Positions 1 to 11,253 of a stretch of 24,790 bases of DNA are shown piece by piece. The notes beneath the pieces are model-generated. The model was not told the origin of the DNA. It ran no database searches and saw only the letters and a program-made list of their open reading frames with translations. The translations under genes were made by a program, and so were the position numbers. Where the stretch lies: positions 1 through 24,790 of the forward strand of contig JAWOHE010000034.1 of assembly GCA_046485285.1 (NCBI GenBank). Reading direction: 5' to 3'. The stretch's first letter is position 1, and every line of letters starts with the position of its first letter. The stretch comes from a bacterium. GTDB taxonomy: Bacteria > Hydrothermota > Tepidihabitantia > Tepidihabitantales > Tepidihabitantaceae.

Positions 1-163
1 TTACTCCCCCAGTAACCCCGGGAGTAACCCCCGGAGTAACTACCCCAGTAACCCCCGGAGTAACCCCCGGAGTAACACCGGGAGTAACCCCGGGAGTTAC
101 TCCCGGAGTAACCCCCGGAGTTACTGGGGGAGTAATACCGGGTATGGGGGAGGGGGTAAATTC
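1..163. repeat. Quasi-palindromic tandem array of 12-bp units (consensus GTAACYCCSGGA, about 12 units at 1-143) plus G-rich terminus (144-163); truncated by window start
   Basis: Units in exact 12-bp register from 12: GTAACCCCGGGA, GTAACCCCCGGA, GTAACTACCCCA, GTAACCCCCGGA x2, GTAACACCGGGA, GTAACCCCGGGA, GTTACTCCCGGA, GTAACCCCCGGA, GTTACTGGGGGA, GTAATACCGGGT. Bases 1-16 are the exact reverse complement of 120-135. Confidence 0.95.
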
Positions 164-212
164 AGAGGTGAATGAAGTGCTGATTTTTCAACCGATTGTG
201 ACGATTTCGCGA

Positions 213-241
213 TTGACCGGGTCGTTAGTTCCTACTAACAT
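213..241 (+). promoter_or_regulatory. Sigma70-type promoter with an overlapping inverted repeat (candidate operator) for the XRE gene
   Basis: TTGACC (213-218), 17 bp, TAACAT (236-241), with ATG 5 nt downstream. Dyad GTTAGT-TCCT-ACTAAC at 224-239. Confidence 0.6.
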
Positions 242-246
242 AGGCT

Positions 247-570
247 ATGGATGGTAATGTGAGGGTGGCTGGCTTCAGACCGGGAGCGACGGTTGCGCCG
301 GGTGCGGCGTTACGCGGGTTGCGGCGGCGGGCCGGGCTGAGCCTGGTCGAACTGGCGCACCTGATGGGCCGGAAGCCTGGCTTCTACTCGCATCTCAGCC
401 GGCTTGAGCACGGCCGGGTGGGGCGCCCGACGCTGGGGCTGGTTGCCCATTGCCTGCGGGCCTGCCCGCGCGTTGCGCGCAGGCGGGCCTGCGGCGCGTC
501 GTTCGGGGAGCTTGCGCCGGTGCTGGACCGGCACGCCGGCGGTCGGTGCGGGAGAACCGGGTCCTCGTGA
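247..570 (+). CDS. XRE/Cro-family helix-turn-helix protein, possibly degenerate (C-terminus looks frameshifted or truncated)
   Basis: GAALRGLRRRAGLSLVELAHLMGR...HLSRLEHGRVGRPTLGLVAHCLRAC fits the HTH_3/HTH_31 pattern (LR.LR...GLS..ELA...G....lSRLE.G...P). Confidence 0.7.
   Translation: MDGNVRVAGFRPGATVAPGAALRGLRRRAGLSLVELAHLMGRKPGFYSHLSRLEHGRVGRPTLGLVAHCLRACPRVARRRACGASFGELAPVLDRHAGGRCGRTGSS
461..487. repeat. 27-bp palindromic in-frame insertion within the XRE gene
   Basis: CCTGCCCGCGCG-TTG-CGCGCAGGCGGG forms a 12-bp stem (1 mismatch, 1 G-T). GCGGGCCTGC is directly repeated at 456-465 and 483-492. Confidence 0.65.
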
Positions 571-776
571 CTGCGAGAGCCGGGCGCGGTGAACGGGGTA
601 ATCGGTTGAGTTGGAGAGGCGCGGGCGGGTTTCACGCCCGGCCGCGTGACGATTCGGCTTCAGGTTCCTCGGCCCGGCGGCAGCTAACAGGTGGGAGCGG
701 TGTGCCGGCTGCGAGCAGCGAGGGGTGCGAGGGCTGAGGCGATTGCCCGGCGCGGGGAGGCGGAGGGGCGCAGCGG

Positions 777-3016
777 CTAGAAGGTGCGGCCGATCTGGAA
801 GTGAGGTTCCCAGCGGCCGCCGCCCTCGCGGTCAAAGCCGTAGCCGAAGTCGAAGCCGAGGAGGCCGAGCATCGGGATTTCGATGCGGACGCCAAGGCCG
901 GCGCCGCGCTTGAGGTCGGAGAGGTTGATCTGTTCGAGCGTGTTCCAGGCGTTGCCGGCATCGGCGAAGGCGATGAAGGAGAGCTCGCGGCTGAGCCGGA
1001 GCTTGAGCTCGGTGGAGAAGAGCGCGAGCGCCTTGCCGCCGATGGCATAGCCGGCCTTGTACGGGCCGATGCTGCGGTCGCCGTAGCCGCGGACACCGTC
1101 GACGCCGGTGCCGCCGGCGTAGAAGCGCTCCGAGAGCGGGACCGCATCGGCGGAGGAGAAGCCATCGATGTAGCCGAGCCGGGTGCGGCCCATCAGCCCG
1201 AACTTCCAGAACAGCGGGAAGTACTGGGCGACGTCGAGAGTGTGGCGGTGGAAGCGGATGTCACCGAAGGAGGTGGCGACGGAGTAGGTGACGGCCGAGC
1301 CGGAGAGGGCGTTGAAAACGTAGTCGCGCGAGTCGCGGGTGAAGGTGATACTGGGAACGAAGGCGACCTTGTGGACGGTATCGCCGCGGACGTCGTAGGG
1401 GTTGTCTTCGCCCGGGTCGTAGCCGGAGCTGATCGAGGCGGGCGGGACAAAGGCGTCGGTGAGCCGGAGGCCGAGGTAAGCGCGGGTGTAGTCGAGGGGA
1501 AGGGGCCGGGAGAATGAGAGGCCGCCGCCGATCTCCTGGCGGTCGTAGTAGTCGTACTTGCGGGTGAGGTAGGCGATGTCCGCGCCGGCCGAGGTCGGCG
1601 TGTCGAAGAGCCAGGGTTCGGTGAAGCCGAGCGCGATGTTGGTGAGCTTGCCGCCCTTTTCGAGCTTGACGTTGGCGCGCTGGCCCCGACCGAAGAGGTT
1701 GGGTTGCTGGAGTTCGACGTAGCCGGTGAAGCCGTCCGGGCCGGAGTAGGTGACCCCGGCGCCGATGGTGCCGAAGAAGCTCTTTTCCTTGACCCGGTAG
1801 ACGAGGTCAATCGCGCCCGCGGTGTCGGCCCGGCGGTAGTCGAGCTTGACGTCCTCGAAGAAGCCGAGGTTGAAGATGTCGCGTTGACTGCGGATGACTT
1901 CGCTCCGGCGGAAGCGGTAGCCGGGCAGCGAGCTGATTTCGCGGCGGACGACCTTGTCCTGGGTCTGTTCGTTGCCTTCGACGGTGACGAGCCGGACGAG
2001 CGCGGGCTGGTTCTCGACGATCGCGTAGCTCAGGTCGACCGAGTCGCCCCGGACCTCCTCGGTCGGGATGACCGAGGCGTAGATGTAGCCTTCCTCGGAG
2101 TAGAGGCCGTAGATGCCGGCGAGGACGGCCTGGGTGTGGTCGGAGTTGTAGACCCTGCCTTCCTTGAGCCGGGCGGTGACCGCCTCGATGTCGGCGCGCG
2201 GGATGACCGAGTCGCCCGCGAAGGTGACCCGGCCGTAGCGGTACTGGCGGCCTTCCTCGACCTCGATGAAGATCGAGACCCAGCCCTTGTCAAAGCCCAT
2301 CCGGTAGTCGATGACCCGGGCGTCGAGGTGGCCGTTGCGCTTGTAGAAGTCGACGATGCGGTCGAGGTCCTTGATGAACTCGTCCTCGACGAGGCTGGCC
2401 TTGCGGTACCAGCGCTTCTCGCGGTTGGTGAGGTTGATTTCGATCTTCGGGTCCGGGAAGGCCTCGTTGCCGACGATTTCGATGCTTCGGATGCGGACCT
2501 GGTCGCCTTCCTCGATGTTGAAGGTGAGTTCGATGCGGCCGGCGGTGTCGGGCTGGCTATAGCCCGGCTCGATCTTGACGAGGAGGAAGCCCTTTTCCTT
2601 GTAAAGCTTGAGGACTTCCTGCCGCCAGTCGAAGACCTTGCGGTCGGTGAGAACCTCGCCGGGCTTGGCCTTGGCCCGGGACTCGAGGTCCTTGAGCTTG
2701 ACCCGGCGGAAGCCGGTGAAGAGGAGCCGGGCGATGCGCGGGTACTCGGCGACGCGGAAGGTGATGGTGACGCCGTCGGCGAGCATCGCGGTGTCGGCCG
2801 CGACCTGGCGGAACAGGCCGAGGCCGTGGATGCGGCGGATGGCGCCGGCAAGTTCGACCGAGAAGCCGGACGGGGTGAAGACCGCGCCGGTGGCGATGCC
2901 GGCGGTACGGACGACGAGCAGTGAGTCGGCGGTTTCGGTGCGGGCCTGGACCGCGAGAACAACCAGCTGGCCCGGCGGGGCAGGGGTTGTCGCGAGCAGG
3001 ACGAGGAGAAGGGCCG

Positions 3017-3020
<4 letters not shown>
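777..3020 (-). CDS. bamA: Outer membrane protein assembly factor BamA
   Basis: Signal-like N-terminus, five POTRA-like repeats (e.g. [29 protein letters not shown]), NLFGRGQ, VRGY motif in the barrel loop, C-terminal Phe. Confidence 0.95.
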
Positions 3021-5467
<2,447 letters not shown>

Positions 5468-5473
5468 AGTCCT

Positions 5474-7609
5474 TTAGAGTCTAGGCGGGCCGTCGGTTGA
5501 GTCAAGCGACGCACCCGCGGCGAGCACCGCGGCCAGTTCGTCGGGGTCGTGGACGGGCGGGCGGCACGTGCCGCCCGCGCAGGTCCAGGCCGTCGGCCGG
5601 CCGCCCAAGGCACCCCGGCCTCGGACGAGCGGGACGAGCTCTGCGAGTTCGGCCGGCGCCTCGGCAGACCGGACGAGAACCACGAGCCGGTCCGGGTCCG
5701 GCTGCCGGCGCAGGGCGGCGAGGAAGGCCGTCTCGTCGGCAGCGTCGGGAATGAAGAGCGCGACATCGAGCCCGGGGCGGAGATGCCGGTCGAGAGCGGC
5801 GAGCATCGTCGCGAAGGCTGTCGGCCAGCGCCGCATCACCGGGTTAAACCGGCGCAGGATGCCGAGCGCGGTCTCGCGCAGGTCGTCCCGGCCGGTGAGC
5901 CGGGCGAGGTCGAGGAGGTTACCGGCGATGACCGCGGTGCCGGCCGGGACCGGCGAGTCGACGCCGGAGACGGTCGCCGAGATGAGGCCCGGGGTGGCCG
6001 GATCCTGTGAGTAGAGGCCGCCGGCCGGGGCACGAAACCGCTTGACCGCCCGGTCGGTGAGGGCGCCGGCGAGGCGGAGGCAGGCCGGGTCGAAGTCGGA
6101 TTGGAACAGGTCGAGCAGGCCGCGACCGACAAGCGCGTAGTCGGCAAGCTGGCCCGGCACCGGCTCGAACCCAGCCCGCTCCCGGTGGATGACATCCGCG
6201 CCACGCAGGAGACGCTCCCGGATGAAGCCGGCCAGCGCCTGTGCGCGGTCGAGGAAGCGCACCGTGCCGGTCGCCTGGTGAGCGCGGGCAAGAGCGGACA
6301 GGACGAGCCCGTTCCAGTCGGCGAGGACCTTGTTGTCGCGGCGCGGGGCCGGGCGGCGGCCCCGGGCGGCAAGCAGCCGGGCCTTGACCTGTTCAAGTCT
6401 CGGCCAGAGTTCGTCCGGGCCGAGCCCGTGCGTGCGAAGCAGCGTATCGACCGGCTGCGCGACGTGGAGCACGTTCCGCCCGGCGAAATTGCCCTCTTCG
6501 GTGACGCCATAGAGGTCGGCGGCGAGCGGCGCGAGTCCCGGCCCGAGCGCGTCTTCGAATTCGTCCTTTGACCAGACGTAGTAGGCGCCCTCTGCGCCGG
6601 CGGCATCGGCGTCAAGCGCCGAGCAGTACGCGCCGCCGTCCGCCCGCAGTTCCCGTTCGAGCCAGTCGAGAGCCTCTTCGCCGATCGCGCGCCAAGACTC
6701 GTTCCCGGTGGCGGAGAAGGCCGCGTAGTACGCCCGGGCAAGCAGGGCCTGGTCGTAGAGCATCTTCTCGAAGTGGGGTACGAGCCAGAGCGTGTCGGTT
6801 GAGTAGCGGTGGAAGCCGCCGCCGAGCTGGTCCCAGATACCGCCTTCGGCCATCTTCCCCAGCGTCAGTTCGGCCATCGATGCGGCGTCTTCGAACCCGG
6901 GCCGGCTCGCGAGGCGTAGCAGCAACTCCAGGTCGGTCGGGCTCGGGAACCGGGGTGCGACCCCGAAGCCGCCGTGCTCGGAGTCGAAGGCTTCGCGCCT
7001 TTGGCGGTAGTAACGCTCGAGCAGGTCGGCTGAGGGGTCATTTGCATTCGGTTCCGGCCGGGAGAGTTCGTCCAGCTTCGCAACAACGGCCCCGGCGGCG
7101 CGGTCGATAGCCGCGCGTTCGGCCCGGTAGTAGTGGCTCACCGAAAGCAGGACCCGCTTGAACCCGGGCAGGCCGTGGCGAGGCTCGGGCGGGAAGTAGG
7201 TGCCGCCATAGAACGGCTTTAGGTCCGCTGTCAGGAAGACCGACAGCGGCCAGCCCGCCGAGCCGGTCAGCACGCGCACCGCCTCGACGTAGACATCGTC
7301 GATGTCGGGGCGTTCCTCACGGTCGACCTTGATACAGACGAAGTGCTCGTTCAGGATGGCGGCGGTTTCCGGGTCGGAGAAGCTCTCGCGGGCCATCACG
7401 TGGCACCAGTGGCAGGCGGAGTAGCCGATCGAGAGGAAGATAGGCTTATCCTCGGCACGCGCCCGGGACCAGGCTTCCGGTCCCCACGGGTGCCAATCGA
7501 CGGGGTTCCGGGCGTGATCGAGCAGATAGGGCGAGGTCTCCGCCGACAGGCGGTTACCAGTCGTCGGGCTTACGGGCGAGTCAGGGGCTTGAGCATCCGG
7601 TGAGCGCAC
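5474..7609 (-). CDS. Thioredoxin-domain (DUF255) / six-hairpin glycosidase-like protein, YyaL/SPATA20 family; start uncertain
   Basis: [63 protein letters not shown]...[23 protein letters not shown]. Confidence 0.92.
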   Translation of the reverse strand: MRSPDAQAPDSPVSPTTGNRLSAETSPYLLDHARNPVDWHPWGPEAWSRARAEDKPIFLSIGYSACHWCHVMARESFSDPETAAILNEHFVCIKVDREERPDIDDVYVEAVRVLTGSAGWPLSVFLTADLKPFYGGTYFPPEPRHGLPGFKRVLLSVSHYYRAERAAIDRAAGAVVAKLDELSRPEPNANDPSADLLERYYRQRREAFDSEHGGFGVAPRFPSPTDLELLLRLASRPGFEDAASMAELTLGKMAEGGIWDQLGGGFHRYSTDTLWLVPHFEKMLYDQALLARAYYAAFSATGNESWRAIGEEALDWLERELRADGGAYCSALDADAAGAEGAYYVWSKDEFEDALGPGLAPLAADLYGVTEEGNFAGRNVLHVAQPVDTLLRTHGLGPDELWPRLEQVKARLLAARGRRPAPRRDNKVLADWNGLVLSALARAHQATGTVRFLDRAQALAGFIRERLLRGADVIHRERAGFEPVPGQLADYALVGRGLLDLFQSDFDPACLRLAGALTDRAVKRFRAPAGGLYSQDPATPGLISATVSGVDSPVPAGTAVIAGNLLDLARLTGRDDLRETALGILRRFNPVMRRWPTAFATMLAALDRHLRPGLDVALFIPDAADETAFLAALRRQPDPDRLVVLVRSAEAPAELAELVPLVRGRGALGGRPTAWTCAGGTCRPPVHDPDELAAVLAAGASLDSTDGPPRL
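5478..5505 (-). promoter_or_regulatory. Sigma70-type promoter for clpC-bamA, inside the 3' end of the upstream gene
   Basis: Minus strand TTGACT (5505-5500), 16 bp, TAGACT (5483-5478), then CTAAAGGACT ATG. Confidence 0.55.
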
Positions 7610-7666
7610 AGTCTATTGGACGGCAGCCGGCGCCCTACCGGTGCTTGCCTTCCCGCCGCGGCACGC

Positions 7667-8017
7667 TCAGTAGCCGCAGACCGGGCAGTGCCAGCGGGTC
7701 TGTCCGGGCGGGAGCGGGTGCTCTTCGTTCTCCAGCCCGGCGCTCTCGCCGAAGTCGTGGTAGTTCCGGCACTCCTTGTCGAAGGCGGCCTTCTCGGACG
7801 GCGCATAGCTCCAGGCGAACCAGGTCGAGCCGTCCGTCTCCTGTTCCCGGAGCGTTCGGTTGAGGTCGGAATCGGACCGACCGACGTAGCGGACGACGAA
7901 CCTGCCGTCGTCGCGGCGGTAGCCGATTGCGAAGTTGCCCGGATGGGGCCGGGGCAGGACGCGATTGAGCTCCTCGGGGGAGAGCCGATATGGGCCTTTC
8001 ATGCCCAGCGATGGCAT
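7667..8017 (-). CDS. Small hypothetical protein with GIY-YIG-like N-terminal motif and C-terminal Cys/His cluster
   Basis: Strong RBS AAGGAGG-TGACCC-ATG. Motifs GNF...YVGRS, KEC..YH, HP, CPVC. Confidence is for the CDS; the function call is weaker. Confidence 0.8.
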   Translation of the reverse strand: MPSLGMKGPYRLSPEELNRVLPRPHPGNFAIGYRRDDGRFVVRYVGRSDSDLNRTLREQETDGSTWFAWSYAPSEKAAFDKECRNYHDFGESAGLENEEHPLPPGQTRWHCPVCGY

Positions 8018-8142
8018 GGGTCACCTCCTTCAAGACGTGGCGCCCGCGAAGCGGGCGTCGGTGAGTCTGACTCTGATGGGGATGCCCGGCCGGGGGGACG
8101 CCGGCCGAGTGCTGGCGGCTGTAACCCGAAACAGCACCAGTA

Positions 8143-8171
8143 ATGGTAGCCGTTCAGGAACCGGGCGTCAA
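8143..8171 (-). promoter_or_regulatory. Sigma70-type promoter for the 116-aa gene
   Basis: Minus strand TTGACG (8171-8166), 17 bp, TACCAT (8148-8143). Confidence 0.6.
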
Positions 8172-8192
8172 CCGGCTGTGGAGGCGGGCCGG

Positions 8193-9290
8193 TCAGGACG
8201 GGCGGCGGAGCGACGCGAGCAAGGTGTAGAGGAAGAGCCGGCGATTGGTGTTGAACCGGGTCTCGTCGAGGCGTTCGGTCAGGTAGCGGATGGCGCGGCG
8301 GAGGTAGTCGTCCGGAAAAGCCCGGGCGAGCCCGGCGAGCCCGGGGCTGGCGGCCGCGAATGAGGTGGAGATACCGTGGCGGGCGCGGAGCAACTGGCTC
8401 AGAACGAAGAGGAACGAGCAGGTGACGGTCGCGAGCGGCACGTCGCCGAGCCGGGACATCGTCTCGAAGACGAGCTTGTCGTCCGGCCGCGGGTGGGTCA
8501 GGAACTCGACTGCGGCCGGGGCGAGGTAGTCTTCCGGGTTGTCGAGGAAGCGAAGCGCCCGGCCTGGTGAACCGTCCGAGAGCTCGGCGGCAAGCGCTGC
8601 CTGGTCTGGCGGCACCCGGTTGCCGAGCCATTCCCTGACCTGCGTTACCGGAACCGCCGGGAAGCGGATGATCCGGCAACGAGAGCGAATCGTGTCCAGG
8701 AGCATCCCCGGGTTGCTGGTCGTCAGGATGAAGGCCGTCGCGCGCTGGGGTTCCTCGAGCATCTTGAGGAAGGCGTTGGCGGCTTCAGTGGTCATCCGTT
8801 CTGCGTGCAGGATGATGAAGCAGCGACAAGGGGCCGAGAATGGTGGTCGCGAAGTCTCGCCGCGCAGCCAGCGGATGAGCGCGATCGGGATGACCTGGCC
8901 GGCCTCGACCAGGGGCGCGGGACGGCCGGGCAGGTAGTCGGGCGTGTCCTCAGCGATTGCCGCGAGGGTGCCATCGGCCGTGTCGGATTCGGCGCCGCCT
9001 GCTCTCGAGCCGCGCCGGGCCGGGAACAGCAGTCGGGCGTCCGGATGCTTGAGCGCCGCGATCGAGCGGCAGGAGGCACACTGGCCGCAGGGCCGAAAAC
9101 TCGAGGCCCGGCAGTTCGCGGCCTGGGCCAGCCGAATGGCCACCGTTCGCTTGCCGACGCCCTGGGGACCGGCCAGCAGGAGCGAGGGAATCGGCCCGGC
9201 GGCCAGGAAGGCGTGGATTGCCCCGCAGGCGCGGTCGACCCCGACGAGGCCAGGGGTGAGGTCAAAGACGGGAGGTCCGGGTCGGCTCAC
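8193..9290 (-). CDS. holB: DNA polymerase III subunit delta'
   Basis: LLAGPQGVGK, zinc module C..PCGQCASC..HPD, AERMTTEAANAFLKMLEEP, TIRSRC. Start set at GTG 9290, which overlaps the envC stop (GTGA). Confidence 0.88.
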   Translation of the reverse strand: MSRPGPPVFDLTPGLVGVDRACGAIHAFLAAGPIPSLLLAGPQGVGKRTVAIRLAQAANCRASSFRPCGQCASCRSIAALKHPDARLLFPARRGSRAGGAESDTADGTLAAIAEDTPDYLPGRPAPLVEAGQVIPIALIRWLRGETSRPPFSAPCRCFIILHAERMTTEAANAFLKMLEEPQRATAFILTTSNPGMLLDTIRSRCRIIRFPAVPVTQVREWLGNRVPPDQAALAAELSDGSPGRALRFLDNPEDYLAPAAVEFLTHPRPDDKLVFETMSRLGDVPLATVTCSFLFVLSQLLRARHGISTSFAAASPGLAGLARAFPDDYLRRAIRYLTERLDETRFNTNRRLFLYTLLASLRRPS

Positions 9291-10411
9291 CGCTCGAGCC
9301 ATTGGAGCGGGTCGACCGGTTCGCCGGCGCGACGGATTTCGAAGTGAAGGTAGTCGCGGGTCTTGCCGACCGTCAAGCCGCCGGTCAGCTGTTCGCCGAC
9401 CGTCACAGCGATTTCCTCGAGGTTCCCGTAGAGGGTGTAGAAGCCGCCCTCGTGGTCGAGTATGACCAGGCGACCGTAGCCGAGGAACTGATCAGCGTAG
9501 GCAACCTTGCCAGCGTGAACCGCGGCGGCCGGAGTGCCGGCTCGCGCCGCGATGTCGATGCCGTTGTTGGCGGTGGTCGTCTTGTACCGAGGGTGGACCT
9601 TGGCGCCAAATCTGGCGATGACTTCGCCGCGGAGCGGCCAAGGCAGGCGGCCCTTGTTGACCGTGAAGTAGTGGTCATCGCTGGCGCTCTTCAGGGTGCC
9701 GCGCTGTTGTTCGAGCGACTGGATGACTTGCTCGAGCCGGCTGACCGACGAGGCCAATTCCTCGGAGATGCGACGCTGGGCGGTCTGTTCGGACCTGAGT
9801 CGGTTCAGGAGTCCGGTCTCGGTTTCGCGTGCGACGAGCAGGCGGCGTTCCTCGCCGAGTTGTTCCTCCCGCAGGCGCTCGAGGTCGGTCCGGGCCTCCA
9901 CGAGCCGGGCGCGGCGGCCGGCCAGCTCGGCCCTCTGGGCGGCGAGATCGAGCGCCAGCCGCCGGTCGGCGCGGGCGAGCCAGCGCAGGTAGAACAGCCG
10001 GCGGTGGAGCCGGGCCGGTGAGCCCGCATCGAGTAAGAGTTGGAGCGGTAGCAGGCGCCCGTGCTTGTAGATGCTGGTCAGGCGCAGTGCGAGCTCGGCC
10101 TTGCGGAGTTCCAGCCGGGTCGCGGCGATTTCGACTTCGCGCGAGAGCGCGGCGACCTCGGTCGTGCGGGCGCCGATGAGGTTAGAAAGCTGCGTGATGT
10201 AGCGACGCGTCGCCGCCATCTGCTCGCGCAGGTCCTCGATGCGGCCGAGGCTTGTTGACTCCGCCCGGGACAGGCCGGTGAGGCGCTGGCGAAGGTCTTC
10301 GAGGTCGCGGCGGGTGCGTGCGAGCTCGGCCTGGTGCTCGGCAATCCGGGCGTCAATCTGCCTGAGCGTGAGCGTGTTGCAGGTCAGCGCGAGGCAGATG
10401 AGCAGGTTCAC
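9287..10411 (-). CDS. envC: Murein hydrolase activator EnvC (coiled coil plus degenerate M23 domain)
   Basis: Long coiled coil, KGRLPWPLRG, NNGIDI (HxxxD His replaced by Asn), GYGRLVILDH, LHFEIR. Directly follows ftsEX. Confidence 0.88.
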   Translation of the reverse strand: MNLLICLALTCNTLTLRQIDARIAEHQAELARTRRDLEDLRQRLTGLSRAESTSLGRIEDLREQMAATRRYITQLSNLIGARTTEVAALSREVEIAATRLELRKAELALRLTSIYKHGRLLPLQLLLDAGSPARLHRRLFYLRWLARADRRLALDLAAQRAELAGRRARLVEARTDLERLREEQLGEERRLLVARETETGLLNRLRSEQTAQRRISEELASSVSRLEQVIQSLEQQRGTLKSASDDHYFTVNKGRLPWPLRGEVIARFGAKVHPRYKTTTANNGIDIAARAGTPAAAVHAGKVAYADQFLGYGRLVILDHEGGFYTLYGNLEEIAVTVGEQLTGGLTVGKTRDYLHFEIRRAGEPVDPLQWLER

Positions 10412-11253
10412 CGCGAAAGACGGCCGAGGGCAAATAGAGATCCGGCGAGGCCGAGCGCCAGGCCGAGGCCGGCAGCGCCCGCCGCAAGCGGGCCGAGCGG
10501 AATCGGGAAGGGAACGATGAAGGCCCGGGCGAGCGCGAGGAGCGTGAGCAGGATCAGGCCCGCGGCAGCGCCGCCAAGCAGACCCTGGATGCAGCCCTCG
10601 ATTACGAATGGGAGTCGGACCGAAGCCGGCGTCGCGCCGACCAGCTCCATTATCTCGATCTCCCGCGCGCGCGCGACGAGTGAGGCCTCGACCGTGCTGA
10701 AGGCGATGAAGACGACCGCAAGCGAGGCTACGACAATCACGACCGCGGTCACCGCAACGAGCACCCGCAGGATGCGGCCGAGGCGGGCGATGGTTTCGCT
10801 GCCTGACCAGATCTCAGAGACGCCGGGGAGCAGCGCGAGCTTGTGTTCGATGCCGGCCAGCTCCTCGGGGTCCGCGCCGGCCGCCAGAGTGACGCGATAG
10901 GAGGCCGGGAGCGGGTTGGTCTCGAGGACGGCGAGGAGGGCCGAGTCGGCGTCCAGCTCGGACTGCAGTTCGGCGAGCGCCTCCTCGCGCGAGACGAAGC
11001 GCGTTGCTGATACCCCGGAGAGGCAGGCAATCCTGCCCCCGGTTGCCGCGGCGTCGGCGTCGGGTTCGAGGAAGACCTGGATTTCGATTTGACGTCGGGC
11101 GGCGGTGGTGAACTGCGCGAGGCCGACCGCTGCGAGCACGAACATACCCAGTAGGACGAGGCAGACAGCCTGCACCGACGTCGCCATCGCGAAGCCGGCG
11201 CGGTTACGGGCGATCGAGCGCCAGGCGTCCTGGAGGAGCCAGCTAGCCCTCAT
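10408..11253 (-). CDS. ftsX: Cell division permease-like protein FtsX
   Basis: FVSREEALAEL, NPLPASY, ARAREIEIMELVGAT...VRLPFVIEG, four hydrophobic segments. Confidence 0.9.
   Translation of the reverse strand: MRASWLLQDAWRSIARNRAGFAMATSVQAVCLVLLGMFVLAAVGLAQFTTAARRQIEIQVFLEPDADAAATGGRIACLSGVSATRFVSREEALAELQSELDADSALLAVLETNPLPASYRVTLAAGADPEELAGIEHKLALLPGVSEIWSGSETIARLGRILRVLVAVTAVVIVVASLAVVFIAFSTVEASLVARAREIEIMELVGATPASVRLPFVIEGCIQGLLGGAAAGLILLTLLALARAFIVPFPIPLGPLAAGAAGLGLALGLAGSLFALGRLSR

Noticed and set aside
1-143. CRISPR array
   Set aside because: 12-bp period with no unique spacers and no cas genes in the window.
173-195. AT-rich AAGTGCTGATTTTTCAA as a recombinase or dif-like site
   Set aside because: No clear two-arm dyad, no second copy and no integrase in the window.
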